Translations under genes and position numbers: made by a program | Origin: Chloroflexota bacterium | GTDB taxonomy: Bacteria; Chloroflexota; Limnocylindria; Limnocylindrales; CSP1-4 | NCBI GenBank assembly: GCA_025935415.1 | Contig: JAICVI010000003.1 | Span: forward strand, 1 to 44,783 | DNA: 44,783 nucleotides | Reading direction: 5' to 3' | Part shown: one piece after another, positions 35,853 to 44,783 of the stretch | How the letters are laid out: every line of letters begins with the position of its first letter | How positions within the stretch are numbered: position 1 is the stretch's first letter | The notes under the pieces: model-generated | Told to the model about the DNA's origin: nothing | The model's input: only the letters and a program-made list of their open reading frames with translations | Databases searched by the model: none

Positions 35853-35939
35853 GCCACGATGCTGCGGCTCGCCCCGTTCCGCCTATATGACCCTTCGGTA
35901 CGGGGCGACCCCGTACGGCCGACGGGTGCCGCGGACGAG

Positions 35940-36365
35940 CTACTGCACTCGCAGGATCGTCTTGGCCTCGTGCCAGTGCTTCTCGAGCGAGTAGTAGTCA
36001 CGCTCGGGTGGCGTGAAGATGTGGACGACGACCGACCCGAAGTCGACCAGCACCCAGTGCGACGACGCCGTCCCCTCGCGCCCGAACGCATGGACCTTCT
36101 CGTCGCGCATCCCGGAGACGATGCCATCCGCGATCGCGTCGAGCTGCCGCTCCGAGCCGCCCGAGGCGATCACGAAGTAGTCGGCCACGGTGGTGAGACC
36201 CGTGAGGTCCAGCACCGCGATGTCCGCGGCCTTCTTGTCCTCGGCCAGCTCGACGATGCGCCGGGCGAGGTCGAGGGCCGGCATCTCCGGCGGTGGTGCG
36301 GCGGCGGCCGACTTCGCGGAAGAGCGATTCGGCAATCCCTTGGGGTTGCGGGCGAGGTCGGTCAC
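35940..36365 (-). CDS. rsfS: Ribosome silencing factor
   Basis: DKKAADI, ADYFVIASG, WVLVDFGSVVVHIF, RDYYSLEKHW; GTGA overlap with the nadD stop. Confidence 0.95.
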   Translation of the reverse strand: MTDLARNPKGLPNRSSAKSAAAAPPPEMPALDLARRIVELAEDKKAADIAVLDLTGLTTVADYFVIASGGSERQLDAIADGIVSGMRDEKVHAFGREGTASSHWVLVDFGSVVVHIFTPPERDYYSLEKHWHEAKTILRVQ

Positions 36366-36985
36366 TGGGCGGGGAGCCTCCTGTAGAGCTCGTGTTGCGC
36401 GATGTATGCCCCGACTGCCGCGGGGACGAGGTAGCGAATGGATCGCCCGGCGGCCACGCGGCCCCGAAGCGCGGTCGACGACAGCCCGAGTCGCGGCCCC
36501 TCCAGGAAGTCGACCCGATCTTCCCGTCCCGGGAACGCCTCGGCGAGCCACGCCGGGTCCGGCGCAGGGTAGCCCTCGCGGGGCACCACCGCCACCCGGG
36601 CCGCCTCGAACAGGCGCTCGGGCTCGTGCCACGTCGGCAGCTCACCGAAGGTCTCGGCCGACACGATCAGGTGGAGGGTCGCCTCCGGAAGGGCTCGCGC
36701 CAGGGCCTCTACGGTGTCGACGGTGAAGGACGGGCCGTTCCGATCGATCTCGATCGTCGACAGCTCGAAGGCAGGGTTGTCGGCAATCGCCCGTTCGACC
36801 ATGGCGACACGGTGGGCCACCGCCGTGACGGAGCCCGGCAGCTTGTGCGGCGGCTGGCCGGCAGGAATGAACAGCACGCGGTCGAGCGACAGCGCCTCTC
36901 GCGCCTCCTCGGCGACGGCAAGATGGCCGACATGGATGGGATCGAACGTCCCGCCCATGATCCCGATGGCCTCGGCGGCGGTCAT
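36362..36985 (-). CDS. nadD: Nicotinate-nucleotide adenylyltransferase
   Basis: GIMGGTFDPIHVGH, PPHK, SFTVDT, WHEPE, LSSTALR. Confidence 0.95.
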   Translation of the reverse strand: MTAAEAIGIMGGTFDPIHVGHLAVAEEAREALSLDRVLFIPAGQPPHKLPGSVTAVAHRVAMVERAIADNPAFELSTIEIDRNGPSFTVDTVEALARALPEATLHLIVSAETFGELPTWHEPERLFEAARVAVVPREGYPAPDPAWLAEAFPGREDRVDFLEGPRLGLSSTALRGRVAAGRSIRYLVPAAVGAYIAQHELYRRLPAQ

Positions 36986-36995
36986 CCGGCTTCGC

Positions 36996-38306
36996 TCAAC
37001 GACCGACCGCCCAGGGCTCGGCCTCCCACTCGAGCTCGACGGCGCCGATTCGCACCGTGTCGCCGGCACGTGCCCCCGCCTTGCGAAGGGCCTCCTCGGC
37101 CCCGAGCCGCTCGAGGTCGCGCTGGAACCGCTCGGCCGATTCCTCGACCTCGAAGTCGGTCTGCGCGGCCAGTCGCTCGATCCGCCGGCCCGCGACGCGG
37201 AACGCGCCATCGGGTTCCACCGAGACCGAGACCCGGTTGGGGTCGGCATCGAGTCGATGCACGACGACGCCCGCGGGATCCGGCGGCGTCCCGAGCTCCT
37301 CGGCGGAGGGCAGCAGCGCCGCCAGCGCGCGGCGGAATGCGGCGATTCCCTCCCCCGTCGACGCCGAGATGGCGACCACGGCAAGCTTCTCGCGCTGGCG
37401 GGCCGCGCGGAAGGCGGGCCACACCTCGGCTGCCGAAGGCAGGTCGAGCTTGTTGAAGGCGACGAGCATCGGCTTCTCGAGCAGCGCCGGGTCGTGCGCC
37501 CGCAGCTCGTCCCGGATCACGTCGAAGTCCCAGGCCGGGTCCCGCGACGAGCCGTCGACGACGTGGACGAGCACGCGCGTCCGCTCGACATGGCGAAGGA
37601 AGGCGTGCCCCAGGCCGGCCCCATCGCTCGCGCCCTCGATCAGGCCGGGAACGTCCGCGATCGTCGGTCGCCGCAGGTCCCCCGCCCCGACGGAATCGGA
37701 GAGGTCCATGACCCCGAGGTTCGGCTCCAGCGTCGTGAAGGGGTAGTCGGCGATCTTCGGCTTCGCTGCCGTCAGGGCCGCGAGCAGCGTCGACTTGCCC
37801 GCGTTGGGCAACCCCACGAGCCCGATGTCGGCGATCAGCCGGAGCTCGAGGCGGACCCAGCGCTCCTCGCCCGGCTCGCCCTTCTGGGCGTGCTTGGGGG
37901 CCTGGTGGGTCGATGTCGCGAAATGGGTGTTCCCGAGCCCGCCACGACCGCCGCGCGCGACCATCGCCTCCTGCCCCGTGGCAACGAGGTCGGCCACGAG
38001 CTCGCCGGTCGCGTCGTCGTAGATCGCGGTGCCGGGCGGGACCTCGAGGTAGAGGTCGTCTCCGGCCTTGCCGTGCCGGCGGGCTCGGGTCCCGTTGCCG
38101 CCGCCCGCCGCGCGGAAGTGGTGCTTGTGCTGGAAATCACGGAGCGTTGTCTGTCCGGCGTCAACCCTCAGGTGGATCGAGCCGCCACGGCCACCGTCGC
38201 CGCCATCGGGGCCCCCTCGCGGCACGTGGGCCTCGCGACGGAACGTGGACGCGCCCCCGCCGCCGTCGCCGGCCTTGACGAAGATCTTGACGCGATCGAG
38301 GAACAT
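36996..38306 (-). CDS. obgE: GTPase ObgE/CgtA
   Basis: FLDRVKIFVKAGDGG, GGPDGGDGGRGG, GLPNAGKS, YPFTT, DVPG, NKLD; C-terminal OCT domain. Confidence 0.97.
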   Translation of the reverse strand: MFLDRVKIFVKAGDGGGGASTFRREAHVPRGGPDGGDGGRGGSIHLRVDAGQTTLRDFQHKHHFRAAGGGNGTRARRHGKAGDDLYLEVPPGTAIYDDATGELVADLVATGQEAMVARGGRGGLGNTHFATSTHQAPKHAQKGEPGEERWVRLELRLIADIGLVGLPNAGKSTLLAALTAAKPKIADYPFTTLEPNLGVMDLSDSVGAGDLRRPTIADVPGLIEGASDGAGLGHAFLRHVERTRVLVHVVDGSSRDPAWDFDVIRDELRAHDPALLEKPMLVAFNKLDLPSAAEVWPAFRAARQREKLAVVAISASTGEGIAAFRRALAALLPSAEELGTPPDPAGVVVHRLDADPNRVSVSVEPDGAFRVAGRRIERLAAQTDFEVEESAERFQRDLERLGAEEALRKAGARAGDTVRIGAVELEWEAEPWAVGR

Positions 38307-38361
38307 GCCCGGCTATGGTCGCATGCGGGTCACCGGGATCCGGCCCGGCAGCCGAGTCCGC

Positions 38362-39840
38362 TCAGTAATAGCGGAGGGGGTTCACCCGGTACGAGCCGCT
38401 CTCCCACGGCTTCCCGACCCAGACCTCGAAGTGATCGTGCGGCCCCGTCGCCCACCCGGACTGCCCGATGCGGCCGATCCGCTGGCCCTTCGAGACCGTC
38501 TGCCCCGCCGACACGAGCACGGCCGACATGTGGTGGTGGGCACTGTAGATCCCGCCGCCGTGGTTGATCCAGACCTGGTACCCGCCACCGTTGTCCTTCC
38601 AGCCCGCGAAGATCACCACGCCGTCGCGCGGCGACACGATCGCGCTGCCGTAGTCGTGGGCGATGTCCACGCCGTAGTGGCCGTAGTGGAAGCCCTGGCT
38701 GATGTAGCCGCCCGGAACCGGCCAGGCCCACGAGCCACCCGTCGGCACGAACGGACAGCTGCAGCTGCTGCCGCCGCCGTTGTCCCGCGGTGTCGGCTTC
38801 GGCGTTGGCTTCGCGGTCGGGAGCGGCGCGCCCTCGGCACCTGGAAGCACGAGGACCTGTCCGACGATGAGGTTGGGGTCCTCGAGGTCATTCGTGGCGA
38901 TGATGTCCGCGACCGTGATCTTGTTCGCCGCGGCCACCGAGTCGAGCGTGTCGCCGGCCTTGACGGTCACCACCAGCCCGTTGACCGGCGGGATGATCAG
39001 GTCGCGACCGGTCTTGAGCGAGTCCGTCGACGTCAGCTTGTTCGCCCACCAGACCGTCATCATCGAGACGCCGAAACGGCTCGCGATGCCGGTGATCGTG
39101 TCGCCGTCCTTGACGGTGTAGTGCCGGAGCATGCCGACGGACGTCTGGACGGTGGTATCGACGGCGACGGGCTTGTAGAACGTGCCATCGTCCACGGCCG
39201 CGGCTTCGACGGTCGGATCCTGGAGGGCGCCCGGGTCTTCCGCCGCGTCGATGAACGGATCGGCATGGCCGCCGATGGCGAGACGAGCGCCACCCTGGTC
39301 TGCCTGCACGCCGCCCTGCGCGGCCTGCGCGGTCCCAACCGTGGGCGCCGGCGCGAGGCTGACGCCTGCGGCCGCGAGGACGATGAGGGCGATGACGAGC
39401 GGCAGGGCTCGATCGGAGGTGAACCGCAGGACCATGTGCCGTCGGTACAGCCGGCGACGTGCCGATGACCTCGGTCGTGCGGCGGTCGCCGCCCGCTCCA
39501 TGGCGTGATCGAGGTTCCGGCGAGCCGCGACCGCGGCGCGCTGCTGCGCGCGGGGGGTCGCGGTCATGAGATCGGCGCACAGGCGCGCGACGCCGATGGC
39601 TCGGCGGTGAGCGCCTCGTGCGGCCTGTTCGCGATTCGGTTCGATCGCCTCACTCCCCGGGCGATCGAGCCGCTCAGAGCGGTTGCGCGTCAATCCACGC
39701 ACGACGCCGCTCACGGCATTCAGCAATACGTTCTCCTGGCGGGACGGTCCGTGCGCGGCGGAACGCGCGGGTTTGCGTGGGTCAGGACCGTCGGCGGGTC
39801 GCGATCTTGAGCTGGGGTCTCGCTTCGCGGCCGAGTCCAC
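38362..39840 (-). CDS. LysM x2 plus M23 peptidoglycan endopeptidase
   Basis: YTVKDGDTITGIASRFGVS and VKAGDTLDSVA LysM repeats; HYGVD and TGPHDHFEV M23 motifs; TM. Start uncertain. Confidence 0.88.
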   Translation of the reverse strand: MDSAAKRDPSSRSRPADGPDPRKPARSAAHGPSRQENVLLNAVSGVVRGLTRNRSERLDRPGSEAIEPNREQAARGAHRRAIGVARLCADLMTATPRAQQRAAVAARRNLDHAMERAATAARPRSSARRRLYRRHMVLRFTSDRALPLVIALIVLAAAGVSLAPAPTVGTAQAAQGGVQADQGGARLAIGGHADPFIDAAEDPGALQDPTVEAAAVDDGTFYKPVAVDTTVQTSVGMLRHYTVKDGDTITGIASRFGVSMMTVWWANKLTSTDSLKTGRDLIIPPVNGLVVTVKAGDTLDSVAAANKITVADIIATNDLEDPNLIVGQVLVLPGAEGAPLPTAKPTPKPTPRDNGGGSSCSCPFVPTGGSWAWPVPGGYISQGFHYGHYGVDIAHDYGSAIVSPRDGVVIFAGWKDNGGGYQVWINHGGGIYSAHHHMSAVLVSAGQTVSKGQRIGRIGQSGWATGPHDHFEVWVGKPWESGSYRVNPLRYY

Positions 39841-39976
39841 TCCTCCGCGGACTACGACGTTGCAGGGACCTTATCACGCTCGAGGTCGACGCGCCAAACC
39901 GCCTATCGGGTACCGATTCGCTGCCAGAAGGCCCGTGCGGCCTGGCACCACGCCCGGGCGCGCCCGGGCGGCACGG

Positions 39977-41371
39977 TCAGGAGTCGAGGCTCTTGGTCAG
40001 GCCGCCCAGGAACTGGACGTTCGTGTCGGTCTTGGCGAGCCGGTTGAGCAGCAGCTCGATGCCCTCGTTGGTCCCGACCGCCGAGAGCATCCGGCGCATC
40101 GTCCAGACCATCTTCAGCGTGCCGTCCTCGAGGAGCAGCTCCTCGCGCCGGGTACCGGACCGCATGACGTCGATCGACGGGAAGATCCGCTTCTCGGCGA
40201 GCTTGCGGTCGAGGATGAGCTCCGAGTTGCCGGTGCCCTTGAACTCCTCGTAGATCACGTCGTCCATCCGCGAGCCCGTGTCGATGAGGCAGGTCCCGAT
40301 GATCGTCAGCGAGCCGCCCTCCTCGATCTTCCGCGCGGCGCCGAAGAAGCGCTTGGGCGGGTAGAGGGCGATCGGATCGATGCCGCCGGAGAGCGTCCGG
40401 CCCGACGGCGGGAGCGCCAGGTTGTAGGCGCGGGCGAGCCGGGTGATGGAGTCCAGGAGGATCACGACGTCCCTGCCGGTCTCGACCTGGCGCTTCGCGA
40501 TCTCGAGGGCCATCTCGGCAACGTGGGTGTGATTCTCGGTGGGCTCGTCGAAGGTCGAGGAGATGACCTCGCCCTTGACGCTCCGGCGCATGTCCGTGAC
40601 CTCCTCCGGCCGCTCGCCGATGAGGGCGACCATGAGGAGGATGTCGGGGTAGTTCGCGCTGATCCCGTTGGCGATGGCCTTCAGGAGCATCGTCTTGCCG
40701 GCCTTCGGCGGGCTGACGATCAGGGCACGCTGGCCCTTGCCGATCGGGTTCACGAGGTTGACGAGCCGCTGGCTCAGGTTCTTCGGGTCGCTCTCGAGGT
40801 TGATGAGCTCGTCCGGGTGGACCGGCGTGAGGTCGTTGAAGACCGGGCGCCGCCGGGCCGTCTCGATGTCGACGCCGTTGACGCTGTCGACCCGGAGCAG
40901 GCCCCAGTACTTCTCCTGCTCCCGCGGGGCGCGGACGGCGCCGGCGACGCGATCGCCGATCCGGAGGCCGAAGCGACGGACCTGGCTGGAGGAGACGTAG
41001 ACATCGTCGGGGCTCGGCAGGAGGCCGTGGCGGCGCATGAAGCCGTAGCCCTCGTCGACGATGTCGAGGATGCCGCTCGCGTAGTCGAGGCCGGCGCGCT
41101 CCGTCTGCTCCTTGAGGATCGCGTCGACGAGATCTTCCTTGCGGTCGTCGGAGCGAGAGTCGAGCTCCAGCTCGCGCCCGACCTGGCGCAGCTCGGCGAC
41201 GCTCATCTCGCGGAGATCGGCGACGTCGAGGTCGTTGCGCTCGCGCGCGGCCTCGAGCTCCTGCTGCTCCTCGTACTCGGTCACGGGGGCGCGACCGTTG
41301 CCACCCATCTGGCCGCCGCGCCGGCGGGGACGACGATTGGTGCGCATGGTTCGCTGATCTGGAGCTGGCAT
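39977..41371 (-). CDS. rho: Transcription termination factor Rho
   Basis: [53 protein letters not shown]. Start is ATG 41371 or 41347. Confidence 0.97.
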   Translation of the reverse strand: MPAPDQRTMRTNRRPRRRGGQMGGNGRAPVTEYEEQQELEAARERNDLDVADLREMSVAELRQVGRELELDSRSDDRKEDLVDAILKEQTERAGLDYASGILDIVDEGYGFMRRHGLLPSPDDVYVSSSQVRRFGLRIGDRVAGAVRAPREQEKYWGLLRVDSVNGVDIETARRRPVFNDLTPVHPDELINLESDPKNLSQRLVNLVNPIGKGQRALIVSPPKAGKTMLLKAIANGISANYPDILLMVALIGERPEEVTDMRRSVKGEVISSTFDEPTENHTHVAEMALEIAKRQVETGRDVVILLDSITRLARAYNLALPPSGRTLSGGIDPIALYPPKRFFGAARKIEEGGSLTIIGTCLIDTGSRMDDVIYEEFKGTGNSELILDRKLAEKRIFPSIDVMRSGTRREELLLEDGTLKMVWTMRRMLSAVGTNEGIELLLNRLAKTDTNVQFLGGLTKSLDS

Positions 41372-41548
41372 CTGGGTAGGGTTCACCTGCTGGGCAAGGA
41401 TGGGCTTCGAAGGAAGCGCCGACCGAATGTGGGTTCGCCCACGACACAACGGGTCCGCGCGCGGACCGGGGTGGGGATGTGGTGAGAATACGGCGCGGCC
41501 GGGGCGGCGTCAATCAATCGCGCGACGCGTGCGTACCATTCGCCGGCC

Positions 41549-42517
41549 ATGCCGATCGACATCCGACCCATCGAACCGACCGACCACCCGGAAGCCGCAG
41601 CACTGCTCGCGGATCGCCACCGGCGCCACCGCCTCGTGGAGCCGCTGCTCGACCCAGCCTACGAAGCCCCCGCTGCCGCGCTGGCCGAGATCGCGTTGCT
41701 GCTTGCGGGCGATGAGGCCGCGGGCTGGGCGGCACGCCGGGATGGCGCGCTCGTCGGCTACCTCATCGGCACGTCGAAGACGGACGCGACCTGGGGCAGG
41801 AACGTCTGGGTCGACCCGGCCGGCCACGCCGCGGCGGACCCCTCGGTCGTCCGGGCGCTGTACGCCGTGGCCGCCGACGCCTGGGCCAGGGAAGAGCGAT
41901 TCAACCAGCACGTCCTGGTCCCGGCCTCCGATGTCGATCTGGTGGATGCCTGGTTCGCCCTCGACTTCGGGCAGCAGCACCTCCACGCCGTACGGGAGAA
42001 CCCGCCGGCCGACCTCGGCGTCGTCCCGCGGACCGAGCTGCGCATCCGTCGGGCGACCCGCGCCGACATCCCGGTCCTCGCGGAGCTGGAGCTCGTGCTC
42101 CCGCAGCACATGGTCGGGGCCCCGGTGTTCTCCAAGCTGCCGCTGCAGCCGATCGAGGAGGTCCGCGAGGAGATCGAGGGCGACTTCGACGACCCCAGGT
42201 ACACCTGGCTCGTCGCGGAGCACGAAGGCAACGTCGTGGGCGACGCCATCGGGCTCTCGGTCGAGCATTCGTCAGGAAACTCCAGCCTCATCCGGCCCGC
42301 GAGCGCAGGCTTCCTCGGGTACGCGGCGGTGCTCCCCGAAGCGCGCGGCCTTGGCGTGGGTCGAGCGCTCGGCGAGGCGGTCATGGCGTGGTCGCGGGAT
42401 GCCGGATACGGCGCGGTCACCACGGACTGGCGCTCGACCAACACGGAAGCCGACCGAACGTGGCGCGCACTCGGGTTTCGACCGACGTTCCGTCGCCTGC
42501 ACCGCATGATCGCCTAG
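41549..42517 (+). CDS. GNAT family N-acetyltransferase (probably tandem domains)
   Basis: C-terminal AVLPEARGLGVGRAL acetyl-CoA motif and N...W..LGF; degenerate N-terminal GNAT. Confidence 0.85.
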   Translation: MPIDIRPIEPTDHPEAAALLADRHRRHRLVEPLLDPAYEAPAAALAEIALLLAGDEAAGWAARRDGALVGYLIGTSKTDATWGRNVWVDPAGHAAADPSVVRALYAVAADAWAREERFNQHVLVPASDVDLVDAWFALDFGQQHLHAVRENPPADLGVVPRTELRIRRATRADIPVLAELELVLPQHMVGAPVFSKLPLQPIEEVREEIEGDFDDPRYTWLVAEHEGNVVGDAIGLSVEHSSGNSSLIRPASAGFLGYAAVLPEARGLGVGRALGEAVMAWSRDAGYGAVTTDWRSTNTEADRTWRALGFRPTFRRLHRMIA

Positions 42518-42570
42518 CGCGCCCCCGCAGCAGGGGCGCCGAGCCTCGGAGCCCGGCCGGCGCGGGCCGG

Positions 42571-43263
42571 TCAGCTCTCCTTCTTGGCCGCTCCGGACTT
42601 GGCGCTTGCATCGGCGGCGGCGCGGGCCGCCTCCCAGTCCTTCTTGAACTGGACGATGCCCTTGTCGGTCAGGGGGTGGCTGGCCATCTGCTGGAAGATC
42701 TTGAACGGCAGCGTGGCGATGTGCGAGCCGGCGAGCGCGGCATCGGTGACGTGGCGCGGGTGCCGGACCGACGCGGTCAGGACCTCGGTCTCGAGCTCAT
42801 GGATCGTGACGATCTCGACCAGCTCGCGGATGACGGTCATGCCCTCCTCGTTGATGTCGTCGAGGCGGCCGACGAACGGCGAGAGCAGCGACGCGCCCGC
42901 CTTTGCGGCGAGGAGGCCCTGGTTGGCCGAGAAGATCAAGGTGCAGTTGGTCCGGATGCCCTCGGCCCGGAAGCGGCTCATCGCCTCGAGGCCGTTCTCG
43001 GACATCGGCACCTTGACGTAGACGTTGTCCGCGAGCTTGGCGAAGTGGCGGCCCTCCTTGAGCATCCCCTCGACGTCGTCCGCCACGACCTCCGCGGACA
43101 CCGGGCCCTTCGTGATCCCGCAGATCAGCTTGATGACCTCGTCGTAGGTCATGCCCTGTGTCTTGCCGAACAGCGTCGGGTTGGTGGTGACGCCGTCGAG
43201 CACGCCCCAGGCATTGACGGTCCGGATCTCTTGGATGTCGGCGGTATCGAGGAAGAGCTTCAT
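42571..43263 (-). CDS. tal: Transaldolase (TalC/FSA family)
   Basis: FLDTA, GVTTNP, Schiff-base VKVP; SAEV (Glu) and SPFVGR (Phe) are transaldolase-type rather than FSA-type (Gln/Tyr) residues. Confidence 0.9.
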   Translation of the reverse strand: MKLFLDTADIQEIRTVNAWGVLDGVTTNPTLFGKTQGMTYDEVIKLICGITKGPVSAEVVADDVEGMLKEGRHFAKLADNVYVKVPMSENGLEAMSRFRAEGIRTNCTLIFSANQGLLAAKAGASLLSPFVGRLDDINEEGMTVIRELVEIVTIHELETEVLTASVRHPRHVTDAALAGSHIATLPFKIFQQMASHPLTDKGIVQFKKDWEAARAAADASAKSGAAKKES

Positions 43264-43385
43264 GGGTGCGCTCCGAGGTGCTGGTGGGCGGGGTGTGGTG
43301 GCCCGATTCTAGGCCGCGCCGCGCCAAAGGCCCTCGTTGCAGCCCGCCGATCGAGTGCCAAGCACACGACGGACGGGAGAGATCG

Positions 43386-44783
<1,398 letters not shown>

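Noticed and set aside
39869-39907. GATAAGC-like sites upstream of the LysM/M23 gene
   Set aside because: Only two mismatched heptamers 32 bp apart, not in 11-bp tandem; likely chance.
42571-43263. Fructose-6-phosphate aldolase
   Set aside because: Glu in SAEV and Phe in SPFVGR indicate transaldolase chemistry.

Overview
Very GC-rich bacterial chromosomal segment, mostly core genome. The lineage is inferred, not proven, to be Chloroflexota or a similar Terrabacteria group, from GAAC-N4-GTTC LexA boxes, a DUF5679-like protein and apparent leaderless genes. Left to right: partial ROK kinase, a 46-aa zinc-ribbon protein, udp, a 1274-aa lamin-tail plus multi-OB-fold surface protein, a membrane protein, a split SOS mutagenesis cassette (dnaE2 with a ~410-aa insertion, stand-alone ImuB C-terminal gene, imuB, imuA; two LexA boxes), tRNA-Ala(CGC), an HD-GYP/hybrid kinase/receiver operon, tRNA-Tyr, a surface protein, an M48/YgjP-like protein, an orphan TadA/CpaF ATPase fused to a degenerate RidA domain, tRNA-Ala(GGC), leuS with a candidate leader-peptide attenuator, a DUF1801-like gene, a CGNR zinc-finger regulator facing two small ORFs across twin TAACC-N18-GGTTA sites, comEA-comEC-holA, rsfS-nadD-obgE, LysM/M23 peptidase, rho, GNAT, transaldolase and partial pyrG. 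No transposase, integrase, phage or CRISPR element was seen. Top leads: the TadA-RidA fusion, the CGNR small-protein module, the multi-OB surface protein sharing 11-bp phased repeats with comEA, the atypical mutasome and the leuS attenuator. All domain calls come from reading motifs by eye; no searches were run.
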